From Octopus vulgaris (lineage: Eukaryota): 64,000 nucleotides of DNA. Position numbers and translations under genes: made by a program. Under the pieces are notes generated by a model. The model was not told the DNA's origin. It saw only the letters and a list, made by a program, of their open reading frames with translations, and ran no database searches. Below are positions 1 to 12,588 of the stretch, one piece after another; the first letter of the stretch is position 1, and every line of letters begins with the position of its first letter. The DNA lies in NCBI GenBank assembly GCA_951406725.2, contig OX597815.1, positions 11,532,001 to 11,596,000 on the forward strand, in the 5' to 3' direction.

Positions 1-45
<45 letters not shown>

Positions 46-51
46 CACACA

Positions 52-605
52 TGTGAATTGTATATTTTATGTGTTGTGCTCTTGAGCAATGGACTCTATT
101 TCAAGCTTCTCCAGCATAGATTATGGGGCTTAAATGTTTCTTACTTTCCATTAGTAAATGATTTTCGCCGGTATATCATATTGATAGTTATAGGTTATAA
201 TAACTATTAATTATATCCATTTATTTAGAATGATTTATTATTATTTTTATAAAGTGATCTAACGTATTACATTTATTTTAATTTGAGAATTAATTTTGTT
301 AGACAATGTATCATTTAATAATTAGGTGGTATATTTATTAATTAATATCAAATTTAGTAAATTTGTTTTTATATTAGTTGATATTTAGTCAACTATATTA
401 TTGAGTAATATATTAAATCTATAGAAACTACACATATATATTAATTATATAGTTGGCTTATTTAATAGCTTGTCTATATTTGAACCGTTTCTTATTTTGA
501 TTACAATATTAATGGCTTGTACTAGCATTGTGTATATTAATTAATTTTGAAGTATTGTATAATTTAAGTATTGTTTTTCGTTTTCACTTAATGTATATTT
601 AATAT

Positions 606-658
<53 letters not shown>

Positions 659-1000
659 TTTAAAAGATTATTTACGTATATTTATTAATTAATTATTTTA
701 TTATTGTAGTTTATTTTTAACCTGATGAGTGGATATATATATATACATCGAAGTGATGTTACTACTACTATTATTTTTTTAATATAATCATTTCTTAAAT
801 ATAGCCACGAAACACGTGTCCTTATTCTACCAAATATATCCGTTTTTATTATTATTTTGCAATCTAATTAATCATCGGTATATTATTGTTATATTTCTAT
901 TATTTAATTTATTATATTTCTATTATATGTAATTTGCTAGATGGTGTAATTTAATTGTTCATTTTGAATTGATAAAAGGTGTTTTTTTCTAATTTTTATA
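52..1000 (+). mobile_element. Degenerate Penelope-like element 3' end (GIY-YIG C-terminal remnant, AT-rich UTR, hammerhead)
   Basis: About 81-137 translates with a frameshift as LEQW..FKL...GLN, resembling the PLE endonuclease C-terminus. HHR motif at 718-824. Both ends abut (TA)n. Confidence 0.45.
718..824 (+). ncRNA. Type I hammerhead ribozyme motif (C3-G8, long loop II)
   Basis: TAAC-CTGATGA(722-728)-GTGG...CCAC(805-808)-GAAA-CACGTG-TC-CTTA. Canonical core, palindromic stem III, GUC site; one mismatch in stem I. Confidence 0.6.
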
Positions 1001-1010
1001 TATATATATA

Positions 1011-1155
1011 CTGAGTAACAGCTTTTGTTATATTTCAGCTGCTTTTGAATAAAGCATATTACTGTACCTCTTGTTTCACATTTATGTACTTACTCCGGTA
1101 TATATATATATATATATATACTGAGTAACAGCTTTTGTTATATTTCAGCTGCTTT
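1011..1155. repeat. Short repeat fragment duplicated between (TA)n tracts
   Basis: CTGAGTAACAGCTTTTGTTATATTTCAGCTGCTTT occurs at 1011 and 1121. A related inverted fragment lies at about 63050-63093. Confidence 0.6.
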
Positions 1156-1410
1156 GTCTTCCACCCCTGCTTCACAACCGAAGTTGGAGTACTTAAGTCC
1201 TGATGACTTAGCGGTTTGACCTAAAATATTGATAAAATAAGTATAAGGTTTATGATAAATTAAACATTGCGATCGATTCATTCGCCTGAAAGAAAACGTT
1301 TTCTACATGGTGTTGTCGAGGATTGGCAGAAGTCTAGTGAGTGAAATATGTAAAAGATTTATATATATCTACTATATGTTTATATATTTATTATTTTATT
1401 CTGTTATTCA

Positions 1411-1615
1411 TTTACTTGTTTCAGTCATTTGACTGCGGCCATGCTGGTACATCACCTTTAAGCCGAAGAAATCTACCCTAGACTTATTCTTTGTAAGCCT
1501 GGTACTTATACCATCGGTCTTCTTCCGAACCACTAAATCACGGGGACAAAAACACATCTACATAAGTTGTGATGTGATAGTAAAGGTAAAACACACAGGC
1601 ACAAAGATGCACCCA

Positions 1616-1696
<81 letters not shown>

Positions 1697-1858
1697 GTAT
1701 GTATATCTATGACGGACTTCATTTCAGTTACCGTCTACCAAATCCACTCACATGGCTTTGGGCGCCCCGGGGCTATAGTAGAACACAATTACCACGCAGT
1801 GAAACTGAACCCGAAGCCAAGTGGATGGGAAGCAATTTATTTCCACACACCCTCGCCT
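1411..1858 (-). mobile_element. tRNA-derived SINE family A (diverged, internal (TA)n)
   Basis: Colinear with 3612-4031, including the tail TTACTTGTTTCAGTCATTTGACTGCGGCCATGCTGG and the head region. Confidence 0.8.
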
Positions 1859-2547
1859 ACACCCGTGTGTAATATTTGTGTGTAATATTTAACGGAAACA
1901 TTTTCAAGATATGATTCCTGCTTCATTGAAAATATGTTTGTAAATTATACATATGTATTTATGTAATATATGTTTTTGTCTCGCTGTCAACTAATTATCT
2001 ATCATTTAATTATTGAATCTAGGTTAAGAAATGGACTCACACATATTTCGTTTTCTCACAAAAATCATTCAAAAGGCTACCTATGAAATATCAAATTATA
2101 ATGAGTGTCCTTCCACGCAGAAAACGCTGTCTTGTAGAAATTTTTGTATTAGAGTAGGCCAACAGACGTGATATATTAAAAAGATGTACAATCTAAGCGT
2201 CGTTCAAGTGTGAAACAAACAGCAAACCACAAAAGCAAATAAAATACTGGCAAATATCTGTAAAATTTAAATCTATTCTTCCTATCATATTTTAAAATCA
2301 TATATAATATCTATCAACTACTTTACCATATTTTTTTTCTTTTCTACAGTAAATGCTAGTAGTAGTATTTGGAAAATAATCGTAATTTAATTGAGAAAAG
2401 AAATGAAGAAATAAACGATTATTTGAAGGATATTATTTTATTATTGAAATTGTGAGCAGGGTTTGACTTCATAAAAAGCTGAAACAACACAATTGGGTCG
2501 CTTTTGAAGGAGCTACATTTTGTTGGGATTACGTATTAAGATGATAA

Positions 2548-3157
2548 GGCGGCGAACTGGCAGAATCGTTAGCACGCCGGGCGAAATGCGTAGCCGTATT
2601 TCGGCTGCCGTTACGTTCTGAGTTCAAATTCCGCCGAGGTCGACTTTGCAATTCATCCTTTTCCGGGTCGATTAAATAAGTACCAGTTACGCACTGGGGT
2701 CGATGTAATCGACTTAATCCGTTTTTCTGTCCTTGTTTGTCCTCTCTGTACTTAACCCCTTGTGGGTAGTAAAGAAATAGGTATTTCGTCTGCCGCTACA
2801 TTCTGAGTTCAAAATTCTGGCGAGGTCGACTTTGCGTTTCATTCTTTCGGGGTCAATTAAATAAGTACCAGTTACGCACTGGGGTCGATGTAAACGACTT
2901 AATCCGTGTGTCTGTCCTTGTTTGTCTCCTCTGTGTTTAGCTCCTCGTGGGTTGTAAAGAAATATGTATTTCGCCTGTCGCTATATTCTGAGTTCATCAA
3001 ATTCCGGCGAGGTCGACTTTGCGTTTCATGCTTTCGGGGTCGATTAAATAAGTACCAGTTACGCACTGGGGTCGGTAGAATATGACTTAATCCGTCCGTC
3101 CGTCTGTCCTTGTTTGTCCTCTCTGTGCTTAGCCCCTTGTGGTTAGGAAAGAAATAA
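2548..3157 (+). mobile_element. SINE family B, trimeric (head + three ~185-190 bp units)
   Basis: Head GGCGGCGAACTGGCAGAATCGTTAGC, B-box-like GAGTTCAAATTCC, body ...GGGTCGATTAAATAAGTACCAG.... Units restart at GTATTTCG at about 2782 and 2966. Confidence 0.85.
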
Positions 3158-3611
3158 GTAATCAGATGAAGTCACCTTTGTGGAATCAAACTATATTCTG
3201 AACATTTAGGTTGTAATCAATAAAAACAGAACGTTCATAGAAGATTATATTTTCCTTCCTTTGTAAATGCGCATATAATTAAATTAGCAATACTTTAAAC
3301 ATACGAAAACCAGTAACAATTATAAGTATATATTGCAACAATGTTACTTCTTTTATTATACACTGATACTGAATAACAGAATAAGGAATTTAAGGAATAA
3401 TTATTTAGGATTATTTTGAAATACATATTTATGAATATAGTGGGATATGTTGTATTTGTAAGTTTAATATTAGCATCTACTTATGTGCACATACATCTGT
3501 AAATATACGTGTGTGTGTATATGTTTTCACGCTTATAAATATCATATAAGTATATAAGTAAGTAAATATAATTATATAAAATAAATACATACATTTACAT
3601 ATATATATATG

Positions 3612-4031
3612 TACTCTTTTACTCTTTTACTTGTTTCAGTCATTTGACTGCGGCCATGCTGGAGCACCGCCTTTAATCGAGTAAATCGACCCCAGGACTT
3701 ATTCTTTTGTAAGCCCAGTACTTATTCTATCGGTCACTTTTGCCGAACCGCTAAGTGACGGGGACGTAAACACACCAGCATCGGTTGTCAAGCAATGCTA
3801 GGGGGACAAACACAGGCACACGAACACACACGCATACACATATATATATATATATATATACATATATACGACAGGCTTCTTTCAGTTTCTATCTACCAAA
3901 TCCACTCACAAGGCATTGGTCGGCCCGAGGCTATAGTAGAAGACACTTGCCCAAGATGCGACGCAGTGGGACTGAACCCAGAACCATGTGGTTGGTTAGC
4001 AAGCTACTTACCACACAGTCACTCCTGCGCC
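3612..4031 (-). mobile_element. tRNA-derived SINE family A, near full length
   Basis: Minus strand begins GGCGCAGGAGTGACTGTGTGGTAAG (A-box-like), then GGGTTCAGTCCC (B-box-like), CTTGGGCAAG core, an internal microsatellite, and a tail ending in (GAGTAAAA) repeats. Confidence 0.85.
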
Positions 4032-4614
4032 TATATATATATGTATATATATATGTATATATAAAAATTTGAAAAAAAAACACCTTTTATCAATTCAAAA
4101 TGAACAAGTATCTACAAAATTACATATAATAGAAATATTAAATATAAATAACAATAATATACCAATGATTAAGTAAAGTGCAAAATAATAAATAAAACGT
4201 ATATATTTGGTATATATAGATATATGTATATATATATACATTTGTGTGTATATGTGTATGTAATGGTGTATATATATATATATATAAATGTGTGTGTGTG
4301 CGTGTGTGTGTGTGTGTTTGTGTGTGTGTAATAAGAGTTGGAACTCGCTCAATCCTGGCAAGATAAGTAAATCAATCGATCGAGGTAGATAGATGTTGCG
4401 GGAACAAGAAACCCAACAAGATGAAAGAAAGATCACTGATGAAGCATTTCACCTGGAGCATCCAAGAAGTGTTCCTTACAACGAAATTACACAACAGACG
4501 CGCTCACACTCACGCAAGCGCTTACTCACACAGTATATACAACCGCATAATGCGCACACACTCATACCAATTTTGTGTATGCACGCGTGTAAACTCATAC
4601 TTTAAGCCTGATAC

Positions 4615-4813
4615 GTAACTAACTAAACAACTAAATGACCAACTAACTAACTAGACAAATGCACAACTAATTAACTATTTACTAACCAACTAATTAACTA
4701 ACCAACTCACCAATTATGTAACCGATGAAAATCTAACTACTTAAGCTAAGTAACGAAGAAATCTACTAAGAAGTGACTGGCTTCTTCAGTCTGTCTGTGT
4801 ATCTGTCTGTCTA

Positions 4814-4898
<85 letters not shown>

Positions 4899-4928
4899 AT
4901 GTCTGTCTGTCTGTCTGTCTCTCTCTCT

Positions 4929-4988
<60 letters not shown>

Positions 4989-5420
4989 ATGTCTGTATGT
5001 CTGTCTGTCTCTCTCTCTTTATCTATCTATATATCTATTTATCTATCTAACAATTGAACTAACTAATTAACTAACGAAACAATAGATGAATTAACTAACC
5101 AACGAAATAACCACTTAACTAACCAAATAACTAACTAAATAACCAACTAACTAATTAATTAAGTAACTAAATAACTAAGAAATCAATTGATTAACTAACC
5201 AACTAGCTAATGAACTGACTCACCTACTAATCAACTAATTAATTAATCCCCTAACCTACTACCCAAGTTACTAACTAACTAATTTACAAACCAACTGACT
5301 ATCTAATTAACTAACCATTTAACCAACTTACTAACTAACTAAATAACTAAATAACTAGCTAATTAACCGACTAATTGACTACCCAACTAATAAATTAACC
5401 ATCTGAGCAACTAATGAACT
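4615..5420. repeat. Degenerate (AACT)n array interrupted by (GTCT)/(ATCT)n microsatellite
   Basis: Directly visible low-complexity repeats. Confidence 0.85.
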
Positions 5421-5580
5421 ACATATATGTATATATAATATATACTTACACACACAAACACACACATATATATATATATATGTGTATGTATATATATATG
5501 TATGTATAAATATATATATATATATTTATATATATTTATATAGATAAATATATGGGTGTATATACACTTATATATATACA

Positions 5581-5614
<34 letters not shown>

Positions 5615-7274
5615 TGTATATGTATATGCGTATACATGAGTGTGTGTGCGGCGTGTGTGCGTGTGTGCGTGAGTGCCTGTGTGTGTGTATATGTGTCTAT
5701 TCATATGCGTATAGCTAGCTTATTGACTATTGCTACCAGCGGGAGATAAAAGCGATTCAATATATGCTTTTGTAGATTATATCAAGGGCGTCGGGGAGCG
5801 GATGCGACGTTTTGCGATTGCGAAACACGACGACTTTTCGTTTCATCAACTCCTGAAAGATCAAGCGAGCCACGATCCAACAGAGCAGAAAGAACAAAAA
5901 AAAAAAAAAAGAAATTGCCACGTGGGCCTACTATAGCTGACATTAAAGCGAAACTTGTTGCAACATTGATTATTAACATTTAACGGGGATTACATGAATA
6001 TGCACTGTCAAAAATTATTATTCCCAAGATCAATAAACGGCTGTGCGTTAACCAACTTAAGAAACTATTTAATAATCCAAGGAAGAATGACTGACTTGCG
6101 TGGTTTCTCATGTGTCAATTAAAAGTGCAGATATTCAAAGTAACGACGCGATCTTTATAGAGCTGATGGAACGAAAATGGAGTGTGACCGGAAATCAAGT
6201 AATTTCTTAATAAACGAATTAAGAAAGAAAAGAAAAAGTAGACTCCTGTGGCTATTTTATTTCATTTGAAACGTGCTACTTCGTTGATTATTAACAGATA
6301 ATTTAGCAGTTGATATATTGGAGAAGTTGCTTTCCAGTCAATCTGACAATATTTCTGCAAATCTTGAGAAATCGGTCAAACGCAAACGCCCTATTCGGGA
6401 TGAATGTGTCGATTAAGCACCTGCAGAGTAGCATAAGTCTAACACGGGGGAAAATTGTATCTGAAAACCGCATGAAGCATATGTCATATAATTTGTCGGC
6501 CAATAGATATAGTTTGTTAATTACTGCTAGACACGAGGAATTCAAGCATGTATATATACAGTCATATGTATAATTGTTGTTCAATGAACTGAATTGAATC
6601 ATATTGCAAGTAAGGTGAATAAGCTATTGACAGGTGTACCCTTAAACTTCAGACAGCATCATGTGATAAGGTTAGCATTATAAATTACAAGTGCCTCTCT
6701 TCGTAGTCTTCTGCACAGTTTCCATATCGCCAAATACACTGCCTGCCTGTCTGCCTACCTACCTACCTACCTACCTCCCAACATACATACGTACGTACAC
6801 ACACACACACACACAAAATAAAAACTGGGACAAGAACGCAAAACATCCAGACAATTAAGTGATACAAAAAGGGAAAACAAAACATCCAGATAGACGATAC
6901 AAAAAAAACAAGGACGGGTCATTCGAAGCTTTTTATCCTCAGTCAAGAACCGGATCATCCTCGCAATTTCGTACACACAAACACACACACACATATTGAT
7001 ATACATGCACATATATACATACAAAACTAAAATCTAAATTGAGCGTGAAAATCTTCACCGTTGTTGTTATCTAAATTGTAACGATCAAGTTTCGTTCCTT
7101 CGTCATAAAATTAAGCATTTCTCTATATAAAGAATTCATATACTTTTAAACAATAACTCATGCATCCATTAACATATAGTTAAGCGGAGAATTAACGTAA
7201 AAAAATTTGCTAGTCAAAAAAAAGTAAACAGTTAAAAGTGCACCAATAAACGAAAAGAAAATTAATTTAATTTA

Positions 7275-7460
7275 ATAATCCTTTTTACAAGGCCTGAAAT
7301 TTTGTGAGAGAGGGCGGAAGTCAATCACATTGGTACCAGTGTTTCACGGGTACTTAATTTATCGACCCCGAAAGGTTGAAAGGCAAAGTCGAACTCAGGA
7401 TAATTAAAACTCAGAAAATAGTGACGGACGAAATACCGCTAAGCACTTTGTCCTTCGTGT
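7275..7460 (-). mobile_element. SINE family B-related, degenerate
   Basis: TTTATCGACCCCGAAAGG..AGGCAAAGTCGA..CTCAGAA..GACGAAATACCGCTAAGCA matches the reverse complement of the family B body. Confidence 0.7.
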
Positions 7461-7499
7461 AAATGTTACAACCGATGCAGACCTTCTGGAGTGGACACC

Positions 7500-7955
7500 G
7501 AAGGTATCACCCACATCATAAGCAGTTGCCCGAAAATGTCTTCAAGGTATTATCTACCAATGAGACATTGTGTTGCAGCTTGGACACTCTATAATGAAAT
7601 CCGTCGGAAGGATAAACCCAAGGACAAATAAATAAGAACCCACAGTATGGTAGAAGCCATAACCACTCATAATAAAACGGAGTACTGGTAGAATGTCCCA
7701 GTAAAGACCTCAATAAAATATAAGCATAACAGACCTGATAAAATGATTTTTGATGGAGAAGAGGAACTGTGTAGAGTTATGGAAGTTAGCTGCCCAGCGC
7801 ATGTTAACATACAGTTGAAGATCAGTGAAAAACAGCATAACTATATTAAACTATTGAGAAACCTGAAGTTACAATATTCAGATTATAAGTTCTGGTATAT
7901 ACCTGTAATTATTGGAACAGTGAGATAGGTAACACACTGCCTAAATACCAATCTA
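7500..7955 (+). pseudogene. RLE-type (R4/Dong-like) non-LTR retrotransposon endonuclease remnant
   Basis: ORF 7743-7928 ...ELCRVMEVSCPAHVNIQLKISEKQHNY..L..Y..YKFWYIPVIIG fits the PD..(D/E)xxxP..KxxKY..PVIIG pattern; stops upstream. Confidence 0.7.
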
Positions 7956-8257
7956 CTCTGTTTGTAGCCCCTTGTGAGCAGTAAAGAAATACGAAACCGG
8001 CTCTTTCTCTATTGGCAAGAAATCTTGAAATGAAACTAAAAATGACATATATATATATATATATACATAGCTACTTACCTACGTACCCACTTACCTGCCC
8101 CACTACCTACCTACCTACCTACCTACCTACCTACCTACCAATCTACCTACCTACGTACGTACCTATCTACGTACATGCATACATCCACACATACATGTAT
8201 ATTTATATATGTGTGCATATACATACATACATACATACACGCGCACACACACGCATA

Positions 8258-8298
<41 letters not shown>

Positions 8299-8546
8299 AT
8301 TGATTGATAGATAGAAACAACAAGTGGGTGAAAGTGATAAGCGTAATTATATGCAATTATATATGTGTGCATAGTATTGGTCAACATACGCAGTATATGT
8401 TCTCATGTACAATATATTCATATATAAGTTTACGTGTGTGAATGTGTAAAGCATACATATACATTCAGATAAATATGTCTATCTCTGTATGCACCTCTCT
8501 CTCTCTTTATACACACACAAAGACACACACACATATATACATATAT

Positions 8547-8590
<44 letters not shown>

Positions 8591-8683
8591 TTATGTGTGT
8601 GTATAGGTATGGTTACGCAAACATACATCCACGCACACATATATACGTGTGTCCATACGCAAATATGCATGCACTTTATATAT

Positions 8684-8715
<32 letters not shown>

Positions 8716-8727
8716 GTACATACACAC

Positions 8728-8766
<39 letters not shown>

Positions 8767-8979
8767 AATGTATGTATGTATGTATGTATGTATAAAACTG
8801 TTGTTACGCCCCCCCTCGGCTTTAGGCATTACAAGGCCCAACTTCAGTCAAAAGAAGAAATGATTATAATTATTCATAATATTGCCCTGAATGGGATGAA
8901 TCAAACGAATCAAGAAACCTGGTCTTCGCCGATCTGGAAATATTAATAGTGAATCTATGACCACATATACACACAAAAT

Positions 8980-9081
<102 letters not shown>

Positions 9082-9724
9082 TTATATTTTACATTTATAT
9101 TAAAATATTTTTGGTTCATTTATGAAATTATTTAATAGAAATCAAGTTAAATATTTAGATCGTCATGGCTATTATTCAGCACCTTTCCTTGCACATGAAC
9201 TTTCAATAAATAGCGCTGATTCTTATAAATTACTCACTGAACCATTGCTATGTCAAGGCATATTATAACTCCTCTATCGTTCCGTTTAGAAAAGTTCCAA
9301 TGCTCGACTCTAATGGTTAATGGTTTTTTCCTTTCTACACGTTTATGTGCTTTGGCCATTAACACTTCTATACAATATATTGACTGATACGAAATAAAAT
9401 TTTAATGAGTGGATATATTCTTCGCCCTGACAGTGCAATAGCTATATTGAGGTATAAAATATAGTATTCCATCGTTATGAGTTTTGACATTGATCACGTG
9501 TTGATAAAGTTTGGAGATCCTAGTTAAGGGTCGCTGGTTCGAGTCGTTTTGACAGTACTGCGCTTTGCTGTAATGATACAGGTCATATTTGATCGTGTAG
9601 TTTTATGAATAAGGATACCATAGAAATTTTAGCAGAACATGGAATACATAATCTATGAGTAATTTCTGTTTGAAGAAGTCACTATTTGACTTGATATAGA
9701 TCATGCAAGAAATAGTAGACACAT

Positions 9725-9892
9725 CTCCCTGAAATCCCAGATGCCGACGACCGCTCGGTTCAAAGTCTCCCTTGATCACAAGTGGCCTGAACTTTTACAT
9801 GAACACCACCCTGGACATAACTCCATGTCCCCCTACATGGCCTTGCTTTTTGCTTTTTGAGCCAAAAAATTAACTAACTAACCAACTAACTT
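9725..9892 (+). mobile_element. CR1-like LINE 3' end fragment with (ACTA)n tail
   Basis: Translates ...LPEIPDADDRSxFKVSLDHKWPELL* with a frameshift (FKxxLDxxW motif), followed by a short UTR and tandem tail. Confidence 0.45.
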
Positions 9893-10369
9893 CTCAAATC
9901 AGACCCAACATATTGGACAGTATCTATAAAAGTATGCATGCTCACGCAGTGGCTCACATGCACGTATACACACACACGCATGCGCAACACATGACCTCAA
10001 ACACACAGAGTCTCTCTCTCTCTCTCTCTCTCTTAGTTATGATTCTCACACATTAGGAAGAAACCTAAAGCGATCTTTCGTTCCCGACGTTAGAAGAAAC
10101 ATGACGTGCGGGAAATGCATGTCACCTGATTTCATGCGGCTTTGTTCCAAGTAGAAATAATGGACATTGATTCTTTTGTCATTCTTGGATTTCTCAGTCA
10201 TTCTCAGTCATCAATATAGGTGCGTTTCCTGCTTCCACGCTACCAGTTTAAAACAATCCATTTTGTATTAGTACGATTCGCTTCTAGCAATTGTCATTAG
10301 TTTACTGTCTCAATTACGTAGGATGTCAGGTTTAATTAAATAGTATTCAAAGACGTGCATAATCCCATA

Positions 10370-10454
<85 letters not shown>

Positions 10455-10792
10455 ATTTATGTTTGTATGCATGTAAATATGTATGTAAATATGTATGTAT
10501 GTATGTAAGTGTGTGTGTGCATAGATTGTTTGAAGTGGTGTACAGATGACTAAGTAAAAGAAGGTATTGAGAATTTTGGATAATTACTTATTAAAGCTTT
10601 CATCTCACCTGTTTCAGGCGACTCATCATATTTGATCATTCACAGATTTTTATTTTGCTGCATTTTGTAGAAATGTGGAAAAAAAATTGTTCTTGTTATC
10701 TATACATATGTGTATACACATGCTTGCACACACACATAGATACGCAACATGTATATAAGCACGCATACATACATGTATACATACACACTTAC

Positions 10793-10816
<24 letters not shown>

Positions 10817-10824
<8 letters not shown>

Positions 10825-11023
10825 ATATAAGAGAGTGGTCACTATGTGGCTCACTCTAGCACTAGTAATAGATCCAATAGGTTTCAACCACAAAAATACA
10901 TGTTTCCCATGAAAGTCAGTACGACATTCATGGGAAACATGTATTTTTGTGGTTGAAACCTATTGGATCTATTACTAGTGCTAGAGTGAGCCACATAGTG
11001 ACCACTCTCTTATATTTATTTTT
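10817..11023. repeat. Perfect 97-bp inverted repeat with 13-nt loop
   Basis: 10817-10913 is the reverse complement of 10927-11023 as read by eye. Confidence 0.9.
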
Positions 11024-11144
11024 GTATAAATATTATAATATGTTATAAAATATTATAATAATCCAGGTTTCTCGGGGCACTGGGCCACTTGGTGTTGAAT
11101 AGGTATACTATCAAATTAGTATCTAATTCTCTCACCCTTATTAA

Positions 11145-11177
<33 letters not shown>

Positions 11178-11181
<4 letters not shown>

Positions 11182-11640
11182 GAAGGGAGGAGGAGAATTT
11201 GGAATATCGCGACGTGGTGGTTGTAAAGCAATACACACAAACAAACACACACACACATAAACTAAAAGAAGGAAAACACACACAGTTTACAGAGTTTTAA
11301 TATATTTTCAAAAATAAGTGAAAGAGTATTGTGTTTGTCAACCGGTTTCGCTTTCGTTAATCATGACATTGAAGTTATTGCATTTTCATATTTTCTTAAG
11401 ATTTTAGTCTATGTTGTGTATGGATGTCTGAGAGTTTGAGAATGAATCAACAAGTAGAAAAATCCAACGGGAGAAAATTGGTGATCGTTGTTATTGGGGA
11501 CAGGGAGGGTACTTTCTCTTTTTGGGGGGAGGGGATAAATAAATGTACAAAAACCCAAAAGCTAAAGTAATGAGATGAAATATGTACAGTAATGGGTATG
11601 TGTACATGAATTAAAATATATACTAAGATCATAGTTCGTT
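11178..11640 (-). mobile_element. Penelope-like element 3' UTR fragment (A3-U8 HHR family)
   Basis: Homologous to the UTR downstream of the GIY-YIG pseudogene (26968-27350) and to 12322-12592 inverted. 3' end abuts (TA)n. Confidence 0.7.
11336..11368 (-). ncRNA. Minimal hammerhead motif, A3-U8 variant
   Basis: Minus strand: TGTC-ATGATTA-AC GAAA GC-GAAA-CCGG-TT-GACA. Stem I TGTC/GACA; stem II carries one mismatch in this copy. Confidence 0.65.
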
Positions 11641-11775
11641 ATGTTTTCATATTTAGGCATAAAGATACAGATTACCCAATAATAACACAGTTCTATATCT
11701 AAGAGATGAGGAATTATGTACATTATTTACATTATTTACATTTGACGGATATTTGACCTCATCTTGTATGTTGTT

Positions 11776-11821
11776 AACACAACATTTCGGCTGATATACC
11801 CTCCAGCTTTCGTCAGGTGTC
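11776..11821 (-). ncRNA. Minimal hammerhead motif (left arm)
   Basis: Minus strand: GACAC-CTGACGA-A-AGCTG gagggtatat CAGCC-GAAA-TG-TT-GTGTT. Confidence 0.7.
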
Positions 11822-11879
11822 GTGAGAAAATTTCGAACCTGTGTTCTCATTCCTAAGATATTTTTCGATGTTGTTGTTG

Positions 11880-11952
<73 letters not shown>

Positions 11953-12092
11953 TGTCAGTGCTTGGAATCGAACTCGGAATCTTGAGGTTAGTAGCCCGCG
12001 CTGTTAGCCACTACGCCACGGGCATATGGTGTAGTGGTTAAGAGAGTGGGCTACTAACCTCAAGATTCCGAGTTCGATTCCAAGCACTGACA

Positions 12093-12171
<79 letters not shown>

Positions 12172-12229
12172 CAACAACAACATCGGAAAATATCTTAGGA
12201 ATGAGAACACAGGTTCGAAATTTCCCCAA

Positions 12230-12275
12230 GACACCTGATGAAGGCTGGAGGGTATATCAGCCGAAGTGTTGTGTT
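12230..12275 (+). ncRNA. Minimal hammerhead motif (right arm, GAAA>GAAG)
   Basis: GACAC-CTGATGA-A-GGCTG gagggtatat CAGCC-GAAG-TG-TT-GTGTT. Confidence 0.7.
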
Positions 12276-12321
12276 AACAACAAACAAGATGAGGACAAAT
12301 ATCTGTCAAATGTAAATAATG

Positions 12322-12588
12322 TACCCAATAATAACGATCACCAATTACTTCCGCTTAGATTTTTCTACTTGTTGATTTCTTCAGAAACTCGCAAAACTCT
12401 GCACGCAACGTGGACTAAAATCTTCTTAACAAAAAAACAAAAAACAAACGAAAGTATAGGTACTTCAATAGCATTATTAGTGAAAGCGAAAGCGGTAGAC
12501 AAATACAATACTCTCTTTCACTTATGAAATATATTAAATATATATATTAAAACTATGTAAAATGTGTGTGTGTGCATTTGCCTTCTTT

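Larger units (their letters stand above)
11687..12321. mobile_element. Head-to-head palindromic tRNA-headed SINE-like element with a hammerhead in each arm and a 14-bp TSD
   Basis: Arms about 11717-12019 and 12020-12321 are reverse complements. TSD TACCCAATAATAAC at 11673-11686 and 12322-12335. A box TGGTGTAGTGG 12027-12037, B box GAGTTCGATTCC 12070-12081. Confidence 0.85.

Noticed and set aside
2548-3157. CRISPR-like or satellite array
   Set aside because: Units are ~190-bp SINE bodies without unique spacers, in a eukaryotic context.
5700-6720. Unique, relatively CpG-rich island (possible enhancer or exon); similar island at 10050-10350
   Set aside because: No recognisable ORF, splice pair or motif cluster that can be supported without conservation data.
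6820-6971. Repeat fragment whose minus strand starts CGAAATTGCGAGG (possible 3' half of an HHR)
   Set aside because: Truncated by (CA)n; no 5' core is visible.
12020-12090. Functional tRNA gene
   Set aside because: A and B boxes are present, but the acceptor, anticodon and T stems do not pair properly. It is treated as a SINE head; the same applies to 55819-55895.
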